NCBI GenBank assembly: GCA_021783595.1
Contig: JAJXTS010000004.1
Span: 1-44,329, forward strand
DNA length: 44,329 bases
DNA from: Chloroflexota bacterium
Lineage (GTDB): Bacteria > Chloroflexota > Limnocylindria > Limnocylindrales > CSP1-4
Direction: 5' to 3'
Part shown: in pieces, positions 31,378-40,025 of the stretch
How the letters are laid out: the number at the start of each line of letters is the position of its first letter
Position numbering within the stretch: position 1 is the stretch's first letter
Translations under genes and position numbers: made by a program
The notes under the pieces: generated by a model
Seen by the model: only the letters and a program-made list of their open reading frames with translations
Told to the model about the DNA's origin: nothing
Databases searched by the model: none

Positions 31378-32190
31378 CTAGCGGCGGCTGCCCCTCACCG
31401 ACGAGGTCAGCTTCGACCCGTCCATCGTGACGGCCGCGCAGGCCACGTCGCGCGAGCCGGCGTCCCAGGCCACCTGCGTGGGGATCACCGGCAGGATGTC
31501 CAGCCGGGACGACGCGAAGGCGACGCCGACGTAGTCCTTGAACAGCGGCGGGCACCGCTGGCCCGCCTCGCCGGCGAGCGCGGTCTCTCCCGGGTACGCG
31601 GCGGCGTCGGCGGCCGCGTACGTCCCGACCACCTCGGCGTCGTGCGGGGCGTCGCACGCGACGGGCGTCGGCGCCCGGGTCACCAGGTCCGTGCCGGGGG
31701 TGAGGCCGGACAGGCACGTGCCCACGGTGTACGACACGCTGGCGCTGCCCATCGTCGTGAGTGCCGACCCGACCGTCGCCCATGCCCCGCCGGCGGCCAC
31801 CAGCACGGCGACCATGACCAGAGCCCGGGCCGGGGCCCGCAGGGGCGTGCGCCCGACGATCGCGTTCAGCGCCGTGGCGACCGCCCCCAGCGCGACGCCG
31901 ACCAGGCCGCCGATGACGAGCGCCAGCGGCAGGACGATCAGGGCGCGCGACCAGAGGGGCACCGGGGCCTCCAGCGGGACGTCCCAGCCGTCGGCGATCG
32001 CCCGCAGCCCGGTCCACGCCCCGGTCACGCGCAGCAGGTGCGCCTGCCCGTCCGCGCCCGGGACCTCGTAGACCCCCCGCCGGCCCGGCACGCGCTCGCC
32101 GTCCACGATCACCCGGATGCCGCCGATCGCGGTCCGCCGGATCAGGATCTCGGGCGCGTCGGAGTCGGGCAGGCGGTAGTCGAAGTCCAC
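31378..32190 (-). CDS. Membrane protein with C-terminal Septum_form-like domain
   Basis: About 3 TM helices, then VGTCL..VACDAPHDAEV..YPG..C...F..YVG...PT...WDAGSRDVAC. Confidence 0.7.
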   Translation of the reverse strand: MDFDYRLPDSDAPEILIRRTAIGGIRVIVDGERVPGRRGVYEVPGADGQAHLLRVTGAWTGLRAIADGWDVPLEAPVPLWSRALIVLPLALVIGGLVGVALGAVATALNAIVGRTPLRAPARALVMVAVLVAAGGAWATVGSALTTMGSASVSYTVGTCLSGLTPGTDLVTRAPTPVACDAPHDAEVVGTYAAADAAAYPGETALAGEAGQRCPPLFKDYVGVAFASSRLDILPVIPTQVAWDAGSRDVACAAVTMDGSKLTSSVRGSRR

Positions 32191-32289
32191 GGGCGCCTCG
32201 CTGGGGCATGGGGATGCTGTCTCGGAGGATACGGCCGGTCTGATCCCGGGCGCCGGCCGGGGGCAATTCGGGCAGGGTAGAGTGGCCCC

Positions 32290-33522
32290 ATGAGCGTGAC
32301 CTTCCGCGTGCCCGGCGCGGTCCTGACCGAGCGCGAGCACCTCGTCCCCCTGGCCCACGGCGACCCGTCTCGCGGCACCATCACGGTGTTCACCCGCGAG
32401 GTGGCGGCGCCCGACGGCCTCGACCGCCCGTACCTGGTGTTCCTCCAGGGCGGCCCGGGCATGGAGGCCGCCCGGCCGACCAGCCCGCTGTCCGGCTGGA
32501 TGGCCCGTGCGGTGGCGGACTTCCGGGTCCTGCTGCTGGACCAGCGGGGCACGGGACGCTCCACGCCGGTGGGCCCGGAGCTGCCGGGCGCCTCGGCGGC
32601 GGAGCAGGCGGAGTACCTCACGCACTTCCGCGCTGACTCGATCGTGCGCGACCTGGAGCTGATCCGCGCGGAGCTGGGCGTGGGGCGCTGGAGCCTGCTG
32701 GGGCAGAGCTTCGGCGGGTTCACCTCGCTGACCTACCTCTCGATCGCGCCGGAGGGGCTGCGCGAGGCCCTGATCACCGGCGGGCTCGCGCCGATCACCA
32801 ATCGGCCGGCCGACGACGTCTACCGCGCCACGTGGATCCGCGTCCGCGAGGCGAACGAGCGCTTCCGCGCGCGCTACCCGGGCGACCGGGACCGGCTGGC
32901 GAGCATCCTCCAGCGTCTCGACGCGGAGGACGTCCGGCTGCCCAACGGGGATCGCCTCACGGCCCGTCGGTTCCGCCAGCTTGGGATGTGGCTGGGCGAC
33001 AGCGCGGGGTTCGAGAAGCTGCACCACGTGCTCGAGCTGCCGTTCGGGTCGCTCGCCTTCCTCCGCGACGTGCAGGACGCGCCCGGCTGGGAGCGCAATC
33101 CCATTTACGCCACGCTTCACGAGAGCTCCTACGCCGACGGCGGCCCGACGCGCTGGTCGGCGCACCGGCTGGCCCCGGAGGACGCGGTCTCCGGCGACCT
33201 GCTGGGCGCCGAGCACGTCTTCCCCTGGATGTGGGAGGACTACAGCGGCCTGCGCCCGCACCGCGAGGTGGCCGAGCTGCTGGCCGAGCACCCGTGGCCG
33301 CGCCTCTACGACGCAGACCGCCTGGCGCGCAACGAGGTGCCGGTGGCCGCCACGATCTACGCGGACGACGTCTACGTGGAGCGGACATTCGCCGAGGAGA
33401 CCGCGCGAGGCGTCCGGGGCCTCCGGCCCTGGGTCACCAACGAGTACGCGCACAACGGCCTGCGGGCCGACGGCGAGCGCGTCCTGGGTCGGCTGCTGGA
33501 CCTGGCGCGCGGGCGCCGATGA
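32290..33522 (+). CDS. pip: Proline iminopeptidase (alpha/beta hydrolase, S33)
   Basis: FLQGGPG, LDQRGTGRSTP, HFRADSIVRDLE, GQSFGG, TNEYAHNGLR. TAGAGT -10 lies 6 nt before the ATG. Confidence 0.88.
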   Translation: MSVTFRVPGAVLTEREHLVPLAHGDPSRGTITVFTREVAAPDGLDRPYLVFLQGGPGMEAARPTSPLSGWMARAVADFRVLLLDQRGTGRSTPVGPELPGASAAEQAEYLTHFRADSIVRDLELIRAELGVGRWSLLGQSFGGFTSLTYLSIAPEGLREALITGGLAPITNRPADDVYRATWIRVREANERFRARYPGDRDRLASILQRLDAEDVRLPNGDRLTARRFRQLGMWLGDSAGFEKLHHVLELPFGSLAFLRDVQDAPGWERNPIYATLHESSYADGGPTRWSAHRLAPEDAVSGDLLGAEHVFPWMWEDYSGLRPHREVAELLAEHPWPRLYDADRLARNEVPVAATIYADDVYVERTFAEETARGVRGLRPWVTNEYAHNGLRADGERVLGRLLDLARGRR

Positions 33523-34796
33523 GCGGCCGGGTCGGCGCCACCGACGACCGCGGCGCCAGCCCGGGCATCGACCGCCGCGACGTCGCGCTGCTGTTCGGGA
33601 CGCGCGTCCTGCGGATGTTCGGCTACGGCTTCCTCGCGGTCGTGCTGGTCCTCTACCTCCACGCGATCGGGCTGTCCGGCGCCGAGGTGGGGCTCTTGCT
33701 CGCCCTCACGCTGCTCGGCGACGCCGGCGTGTCCCTGTGGCTGACCACGCACGCGGACCGGATCGGCCGCCGCCGCGTCCTGGTCGCCGGGGCGGTCCTG
33801 ATGCTGGGCGCGGGCGTGGCGTTTGTCGCCACCTCGCTGCTGCCCGTGCTGATCGTCGCCGCGACGCTGGGTGTGATCAGCCCGTCGGGCAACGAGGTCG
33901 GGCCGTTCCTCGCGGTGGAGCAGGCGTCGCTCTCGCAGCTGGTGGCGGACCGGGAGCGGACCGGGCTGTTCGCCTGGTACCAGCTGGCGGGGTCGTTCGC
34001 CACCGCGGCCGGGACGCTCGCCGGCGGGGCCGTTGCGCAGCTCGCCATGGCCCGCGGCGCGCAGCCGGCCGACGCGTACCGCGCGGTCATCATCGGCTAC
34101 GCGCTGGTGGGCATCGTGCTCACCGGGCTGTTCCTGCTGGTGTCGCCTCGCGTGGAGCTGCCGACCGCCAAGATCCACGACGAGACCGTGCGCGGCCGGC
34201 TGGGCCTGCACCGCTCCAGGGGCGTCGTGCTCCGGCTGTCGATGCTGTTCGCGCTCGACGCGTTCGCTGGCGGCTTCGCGATCCAGAGCTTCATCGCGTT
34301 CTGGTTCAACCAGCGCTACGGCGTGGACCCGGCGGCGCTGGGCGCGGTGCTCGCGGGGGCGAACATCCTTGCCGGCTTCTCCGCGCTGGCGGCGGGACGG
34401 CTGGCCAACCGCTTCGGCCTCGTCAACACCATGGTGTTCACCCACCTCCCGTCGAACGTGCTGCTGGCGCTGGTGCCGCTCATGCCCACGCTGCCGCTCG
34501 CGATCCTCGCCCTGTTCGCGCGTTTCGCGATCAGCCAGATGGACGTGCCGACCCGCCAGAGCTACACCATGGCGATCGTGGCGCCCGACGAGCGCTCGGC
34601 CGCGGCCGGCGTCACCGGCATCGCGCGTTCCCTGGGCGTCGCCGCCGCGCCGCTGATCGCGGGACCGCTGTTCGCGACCGCGGCCCTCGCGTCCGCGCCG
34701 TTCGTGATCTCGGGCGGCCTCAAGATCGTCTACGACCTGTTGCTGTACCGATCGTTCCGGCGCCTGCGCGCGCCCGGGGAGACGACGGTCCGCTAG
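33519..34796 (+). CDS. MFS transporter
   Basis: About 12 TM; ADRIGRRR motif A; SPSGNEVGPF, SQMDVPTRQSY. ATGA overlap with pip. Confidence 0.92.
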   Translation: MSGRVGATDDRGASPGIDRRDVALLFGTRVLRMFGYGFLAVVLVLYLHAIGLSGAEVGLLLALTLLGDAGVSLWLTTHADRIGRRRVLVAGAVLMLGAGVAFVATSLLPVLIVAATLGVISPSGNEVGPFLAVEQASLSQLVADRERTGLFAWYQLAGSFATAAGTLAGGAVAQLAMARGAQPADAYRAVIIGYALVGIVLTGLFLLVSPRVELPTAKIHDETVRGRLGLHRSRGVVLRLSMLFALDAFAGGFAIQSFIAFWFNQRYGVDPAALGAVLAGANILAGFSALAAGRLANRFGLVNTMVFTHLPSNVLLALVPLMPTLPLAILALFARFAISQMDVPTRQSYTMAIVAPDERSAAAGVTGIARSLGVAAAPLIAGPLFATAALASAPFVISGGLKIVYDLLLYRSFRRLRAPGETTVR

Positions 34797-34805
34797 CGCG
34801 ACTGG

Positions 34806-35594
34806 TCAGGGGGCGGCGGGCGCCGGCACGAGGAGGTGCCCGGCGACCCGGGCGGGCAGGCCCGCCGGCAGGACCGCCCCGGACGTCCCCGAGGTCGCGG
34901 CCGGCGCGGGCGAGCCCGACGGCGCGGGCGCGCCCGACGCGGCCGGCGCCGGCGTTGGGGCGCCGGACCCGACACCCGCCGACGGCGACGGGGAGGCGAA
35001 CAGGTACTGGAACTCGGGCCCGTTGTGGCAGATCCAGCAGTTGTCGCCGCGGTTGGCCATGTTTGACGGCAGGGGCGCGTGCTTGGCCGGATTGTGGCAG
35101 TCGGTGCACGCCTCGCCGGTCATGTGCTCGGGGCGCGCCGGCACCTGGCTCATGGAGGTCAGGTTGGGGTTCTCCTGGTGGCAGATCAGGCACTGGCTCG
35201 CGTGGAGGCTGGAGTGTCCGGGAGCCGTCTTCACCAGGCCCGTCGGGTTGTGGCAGGCGGTGCAGTTGGTGAACCCCTGGAGCGGGTGGCCGAGGTACGG
35301 GATCGGCTTCGTGCCCACCCCGCCGGTCGAAATCGTGTGGCAGGCCATGCAGTCGGCGTTGGGCGGCATCGCGATCCCGATCGCCGAGAGCGCCATGGCG
35401 GAGCTCGGTTGCGGCGAGCCGCTGGGACCGGCGCCGCCCCCGCCGGGGGCAGGCGTGCCGGAGGCGCCGGTGCGGAGCATGTTCGGCAGCGCGACCGTGA
35501 CCACGAACCCCCCAGACACGAGGATCGCCACCAGCAGCGCGAGAAACGCGACCGGGAAGGCGAGCCGCTCCGCGGAGCGCGGCAGGGGGCGCAT
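34806..35594 (-). CDS. Membrane-anchored pentaheme cytochrome c
   Basis: N-terminal TM helix; CMACH, CTACH, CLICH, CTDCH, CWICH; Pro/Ser/Ala-rich flanks. Confidence 0.85.
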   Translation of the reverse strand: MRPLPRSAERLAFPVAFLALLVAILVSGGFVVTVALPNMLRTGASGTPAPGGGGAGPSGSPQPSSAMALSAIGIAMPPNADCMACHTISTGGVGTKPIPYLGHPLQGFTNCTACHNPTGLVKTAPGHSSLHASQCLICHQENPNLTSMSQVPARPEHMTGEACTDCHNPAKHAPLPSNMANRGDNCWICHNGPEFQYLFASPSPSAGVGSGAPTPAPAASGAPAPSGSPAPAATSGTSGAVLPAGLPARVAGHLLVPAPAAP

Positions 35595-35605
35595 CACGGG
35601 CCGCC

Positions 35606-36964
35606 TCACGGGACGGCCTCCGCGGCGGCTGCGGGCGCGAGGCCCGACTCGGCCGCCGCCGGGGCCTCGGGAGCGCCGCCGCCCGCGTCCGCCTCTTCGC
35701 CGTGCTCGTGGTGCCTGAGCCACGGCCACGGCCAGAACAGGTGGACGTCGCCCTCGCCCATCGGCAGGTACCGCTCGCACAGGGAGTAGGCCATCGCCAT
35801 GAACGAGGCTGCCCCGACTAGGATCCCGATCTCGACCAGCGACGGCGTGTACGCGACGTACGGGTAGGCCACCGTGCCCGCCATCGTGGTGCGGGGCACG
35901 AACTCCCCGGCAACGACGAACAGCGACCGGTCCACGAAGATGCCGAGCAGGGCCAGCCCGGAGGCAAGGCCGGTGAAGCCGACGGTCCGCAGGCGCGGCA
36001 GGGCGAGGATGGCGAGCGGGGCCACAAGGCCGGCCGCAACCCGGAGACCCCAGAAGGCGGGTGCCAGCGGCCCGGCCACCATCGCCAGCGTGGACGGCCG
36101 GAAGCCGGCGACGTCGCTGGTTAGGCCGTCCGCGACCTGCCGGGCCAGCAGGGCGGCGACCACCAGCAGGCCGCCTGCCAGCAGCAGGCGCACCGACCCG
36201 AGCGCCACGCCGGACCGGCCCCAGTCGGCGAGGCGGAAGCGGCTGACCGCCCAGAACACGATCCCCAGCAGCGAGACCCCGCCGACGAACGCCGAGGCGA
36301 CCATCAGGATCGGCGTGAAGACCCCGGCCCAGAGCGGCTTGGCGGCGACCATGCCGAACACCGCCCCGAGCGTGGTCGGCGCCGCAATGCCGATCATCGC
36401 GGCCCCGGTGCAGGCGTACTTGTGGATGACCGGGTGGTTCGTGAACAGCGTCCACACCTCCACGATGAGGACCACCAGGTACCCGCCGTAGAAGACGCCC
36501 ATCCACCACATGGGCGAGCTGGGCGAGATCACCAGCACGGCCCCGAAGACCATCCGGACGGGGTACTGCAGCTCGAGCGCGATGACCCCGAAGGCCGTGG
36601 ACAGCGAGAGGATCGCGAGGATCGCGTGGCGCTTCTCGAGGGGGAGGAAGCGCTCGATGCCGAACACCGTGCCCAGCGAGGACGCCAGGCACAGGCCGCT
36701 GGTCATGATGGCGAAGAAGACATAGCCGACGATGAGCATGCCCCACTCGATCGACGGCGACGTGCCCATGACCTCCCAGCCCGGCGGCAGGGCGAGGATC
36801 GCGGTCACCGCGCCGATCGCGAGACCGGCCAGGAGCAGCGCATACCAGACCCGGGTGGCGAGGGGCATGGCGCTGACTTCCCGCGCCAGCGCGGCGCGGA
36901 TCGCGCGGGGGCTGGCGGGGAGGGCCAGCCTGCCGACGTGGAGCGTGCTGTCCACGACCTGCAT
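35606..36964 (-). CDS. nrfD: NrfD/PsrC family quinol-interacting membrane subunit
   Basis: WGMLIVGYVFF, ELQYPVRM, SPSSPMWWMG, Y.PSLVEI. Polytopic. Confidence 0.85.
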   Translation of the reverse strand: MQVVDSTLHVGRLALPASPRAIRAALAREVSAMPLATRVWYALLLAGLAIGAVTAILALPPGWEVMGTSPSIEWGMLIVGYVFFAIMTSGLCLASSLGTVFGIERFLPLEKRHAILAILSLSTAFGVIALELQYPVRMVFGAVLVISPSSPMWWMGVFYGGYLVVLIVEVWTLFTNHPVIHKYACTGAAMIGIAAPTTLGAVFGMVAAKPLWAGVFTPILMVASAFVGGVSLLGIVFWAVSRFRLADWGRSGVALGSVRLLLAGGLLVVAALLARQVADGLTSDVAGFRPSTLAMVAGPLAPAFWGLRVAAGLVAPLAILALPRLRTVGFTGLASGLALLGIFVDRSLFVVAGEFVPRTTMAGTVAYPYVAYTPSLVEIGILVGAASFMAMAYSLCERYLPMGEGDVHLFWPWPWLRHHEHGEEADAGGGAPEAPAAAESGLAPAAAAEAVP

Positions 36965-36967
36965 CGC

Positions 36968-37984
36968 TCAGGACTCCTGGAGGGCGGGCCCGAGGTACAG
37001 CGCGCGGGGCTGCGTGCCGTACTCGGGGTGGAGGGGACGCGCTCCGGCGGCCAGCGCCGCCGTGCGGATGTCGTCATTGGGGTCGTTGGCGTTGCCGAAG
37101 CGCCGGGCGCCGACCGGGCAGATCTCCACGCAGGCGGGTTGCTGCCCCTTGCTGATCCGCTGGTAGCACCAGGTGCACTTGTCGGCGACCCCCGGCGTGC
37201 CAGCCGGCGTGTCCTCGCCGGCCGGCGTGATGTAGCGGGCGCCGTAGGGGCACGCCACCACGCAGTAGCCGCAGCCGATGCACCTGCGGGCGTCCACCAG
37301 GACGATGCCGTCCTGGGTCGTGTAGGTGGCGCTGACCGGGCAGACCGAGGTGCACGGGCTGTCCGCGCACTGCATGCACAGCCGCGGCTGGAAGTAGGCG
37401 GACTTGACGGTCTTGCCCCCCGCGCCCGGTGCCGTCGAGGTGGGCGGGAAGCCGTTGATGCCGGCGTCGGGCGAGTCCACGTAGACCGTGCCGTCGGTCA
37501 TCGTCACATGCCGCTCCACCCACGTCCGCGTGAACGCGGCGGACTCGGGCACGTGGTTCTCCTCCTTGCAGGCGACCACGCACAGCCCGCAGCCGATGCA
37601 CTTGGAGGTGTCCACCACGAACGTCCACGCCTTGGTGGCCGGGTCGTAGTTGGGGACCAGCGGCGAGACCTGGTCCCCGGCGCTCGCGAACACCGGGAAC
37701 AGCTGCCCGAGGACCGCGGCCCCCGCCACCCCGCCCGCCAGCGCCAGCCCGAAGCCGAGGAAGGCGCGCCGGGACAGGGAGGCCTGCCGGATGGCCGGGG
37801 CGATGGCCTCGAGCGGGACGAGGACGGCGTCGGCCGGGGCCTCGCCCGCCGTCGCGGCGGCCCGCCCGGGCGCGGTGGCACCTGCCACGGCCGGCTCCGC
37901 AGGGGGCGCTGACGGCTCGCCGACTGCCGGCTGCGGCTGGTCGAGCGGCTCGAGGCGGTCGAGGGGCTCCGACGGCTCGGTCAC
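36968..37984 (-). CDS. NrfC/DmsB-like 4x[4Fe-4S] protein with twin-arginine motif
   Basis: SRRAFLG plus hydrophobic stretch; CIGCGLCVVAC, CMQCADSPCTSVCP, CIGCGYCVVACPY, KCTWC...PACVEICP. GTGA overlap with the upstream gene. Confidence 0.9.
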   Translation of the reverse strand: MTEPSEPLDRLEPLDQPQPAVGEPSAPPAEPAVAGATAPGRAAATAGEAPADAVLVPLEAIAPAIRQASLSRRAFLGFGLALAGGVAGAAVLGQLFPVFASAGDQVSPLVPNYDPATKAWTFVVDTSKCIGCGLCVVACKEENHVPESAAFTRTWVERHVTMTDGTVYVDSPDAGINGFPPTSTAPGAGGKTVKSAYFQPRLCMQCADSPCTSVCPVSATYTTQDGIVLVDARRCIGCGYCVVACPYGARYITPAGEDTPAGTPGVADKCTWCYQRISKGQQPACVEICPVGARRFGNANDPNDDIRTAALAAGARPLHPEYGTQPRALYLGPALQES

Positions 37985-38727
37985 GGTGCCACCTTGCTCG
38001 GGCTGGGCTGCGGGCTGGGTACGGCCCCCCCGCTCACGGTCGGCTGCGGCGTGGGCAGGGTGAGCTGCTGCGGGCCGCGCCCCGCCTGGTGGCACTGGAG
38101 GCACTCGTTGTCCGTCAGCGGGCCAGAGGGGTGGCGCTCGTTGCGGGCCTTGAAGCCGTCGGGGCCGTGGCACGTCAGGCAGGGCGGCAGGTTGGCCAGC
38201 GGATGCGAGACGACCGGCGGGTGCAGGGCCCAGGTCGTGTGCGGGTCGTGGCACTGGAGGCACTGGGAAACGTAGTGGTTGGCCGGGACGATCGTCTGGA
38301 TGGTGGCGGGGCGGCCCTCGGTGGCCTCGTGGCAGCGGATGCAGACCGCGTCGGTCGGCATCGCGATCGCCGCGCCCGTGGTGATGCCGCGCTTGGCCGC
38401 GTCCTCGTGCGCCAGCATTGGGCCGTGGCAGCTCTGGCAGCCGATGCCGGCATGGGTGTGGCTGGCGAGCCGGCTCGCCTCGGTGAGGTGGCACGCCACG
38501 CAGTCCGACGAGGCCGCGAACGACATGTCCAGCGCCGCCCACTGCTTGGCGTTGCTGTCGCGGTGGAGGGCGAAGTCCAGGTACGGGCTCCACGCCATCG
38601 CGGCGCTCGCGAAGATCGCGACCGCGATCACGGCCGCGCCGACGAGAACGCCGGTGGTGCCGATCAGCCAGCCCCGGCGGGAGCGGGGCCGGACGGATGC
38701 CCAGAAGCGGCGCGCGCGCGTCCTCAT
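37981..38727 (-). CDS. Membrane-anchored hexaheme cytochrome c
   Basis: N-terminal hydrophobic helix; CVACH, CQSCH, CIRCH, CLQCH, CLTCH, CLQCH. ATGA overlap with the regulator. Confidence 0.88.
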   Translation of the reverse strand: MRTRARRFWASVRPRSRRGWLIGTTGVLVGAAVIAVAIFASAAMAWSPYLDFALHRDSNAKQWAALDMSFAASSDCVACHLTEASRLASHTHAGIGCQSCHGPMLAHEDAAKRGITTGAAIAMPTDAVCIRCHEATEGRPATIQTIVPANHYVSQCLQCHDPHTTWALHPPVVSHPLANLPPCLTCHGPDGFKARNERHPSGPLTDNECLQCHQAGRGPQQLTLPTPQPTVSGGAVPSPQPSPSKVAP

Positions 38728-39437
38728 AGGACCGACGGGTTCAGCAGGCCGCGCCGAACCGTGTACCGGAGGAGCTCGACCCGGTCGTGCAGGTCGAGCT
38801 TCTCCATGAGGCTGGCGCGACTGGAGTGGACGGCCTGCTCGGAGAGGTCCAGCGACCGGGCGATGTCGCGGTTCGTGTGCCCCAGGGCGGCCAGGAGCAG
38901 GATCTGGCGCTCGCGGTCCGTGAGGTGCTCGTACGGGTCGTCGGCCGCCGCCGGGGTCCGGCGGACGTACGTGTCCACCATGCGCGTCAGGATCGCGGGG
39001 CTCACGTACGTGTGGCCCGCGCTCACGGCCCGGATCGCGGCGACCACGTCGTCCGCGAGCGCCTCGCGGGTGAGCAGCCCGGTGGCGCCCGCCTTGAGCA
39101 CGGTGGCGAACTGGTCCGTGGCGCACCGGCAGTCGAGGGCGATCACCCGGGTCCCGGGGGCGGCCGCGCGGACCTCGTCGATCGCCTCCGGCACGCCGAT
39201 GCCGTCGGCGGCGAAGGCCTCGTAGCCCAGGATGACCACGTCGGGCGCCGCCGACCGCGCCTGGGCGAGGATGGCCTGGCGGCTCCGCGCCTCGGCGACG
39301 ACGGCCATGTCGCGCTCGTGGTCGACCACGGACCTGAAGGCGGCGCTGAGCATGGGGAAGTCGCCGATCGCGAGCATGACGCCAACCATGGCGCCATCGC
39401 GCGGCACTCCGGAGCTCTGGTCGCGGGCAGCCGTCAT
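38724..39437 (-). CDS. NarL/LuxR-type response regulator with degenerate (pseudo-)receiver domain
   Basis: LuxR HTH (LTDRERQILLLAALGHTNRDIARSLDLS). Receiver has PDVVILG instead of PDVVLLD and GLLTR instead of GYLLK. Start uncertain. Confidence 0.85.
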   Translation of the reverse strand: MTAARDQSSGVPRDGAMVGVMLAIGDFPMLSAAFRSVVDHERDMAVVAEARSRQAILAQARSAAPDVVILGYEAFAADGIGVPEAIDEVRAAAPGTRVIALDCRCATDQFATVLKAGATGLLTREALADDVVAAIRAVSAGHTYVSPAILTRMVDTYVRRTPAAADDPYEHLTDRERQILLLAALGHTNRDIARSLDLSEQAVHSSRASLMEKLDLHDRVELLRYTVRRGLLNPSVL

Positions 39438-39760
39438 CGGGACGCCGCCCCCCGGGTCTCGAGCCTGTCGCGGCCTGTCATCGCTCCACTCCCGCACGTG
39501 GGCCCACCTTCGACCCCACGTCCGTCATGGTCGGCTGACCGGACCGGCTCCCGACAGGCACCCCAGGGCGGATCTCACGGGCCCCGGGTGGGCAAACGCG
39601 GCCACGGTGGCGCCAACCCGCCACGCATCCGGGTGGCGTCTGGCAACGCTGGTGGGGTTCTCGACTCACCAGCATTGGCCGGCACCCCCGTTCGGGGGTA
39701 TCGCCGCCGCCTCGCCCCGCGCCTCGGGAGCCCTCCGTGCACGATTCCCGGGCTGGCCGC

Positions 39761-39766
39761 TATCCT
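39761..39766 (+). promoter_or_regulatory. -10 hexamer TATCCT for the leaderless Cys-rich sORF/cysE-cysK transcript
   Basis: TAnnnT 6 nt before ATG 39773, the same geometry as at 4115, 16517 and 32290. Confidence 0.6.
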
Positions 39767-39772
39767 GCCCCC

Positions 39773-39865
39773 ATGACCACCCGCACTCGTTGCCCCGGCC
39801 GCCGCGGCTGCTGCTCCTGTCCTGGGCGAGCGCCGGCAGCGAGCCCGGTCGCGGTCGTCCGCTAG
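39773..39865 (+). CDS. Putative cysteine-sensing leader peptide [30 protein letters not shown] (30 aa)
   Basis: ATG...TAG read directly from the sequence. Four Cys codons (39791, 39809, 39812, 39818). Ends 160 nt upstream of cysE. Confidence 0.65.
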   Translation: MTTRTRCPGRRGCCSCPGRAPAASPVAVVR

Positions 39866-40025
39866 ACCGTCGCCCCCCGCAGTCGGCCTCGCGCCCTTGC
39901 CCTGCCGCCCCGGCCGGCCCGAGGCCCGGGCGGCGCGTCCCACCCGCCGATTCGCCGTGCCGTGGGGGCGAGCGTCCCGCTCCTCCCGCCGCGGCGTCCG
40001 CCGACCCGCTGACCGGAGAGCGTCC

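Noticed and set aside
38660-38727. Tat signal (SRRGWL) in the hexaheme cytochrome
   Set aside because: Poor match to SRRxFLK, and c-type cytochromes are normally Sec-exported. More likely a basic n-region before a membrane anchor.
39589-39640. c-di-GMP-I riboswitch suggested by GGGCAAAC
   Set aside because: The GAAA-capped P2 stem and GCAAAGC element that should follow are absent.
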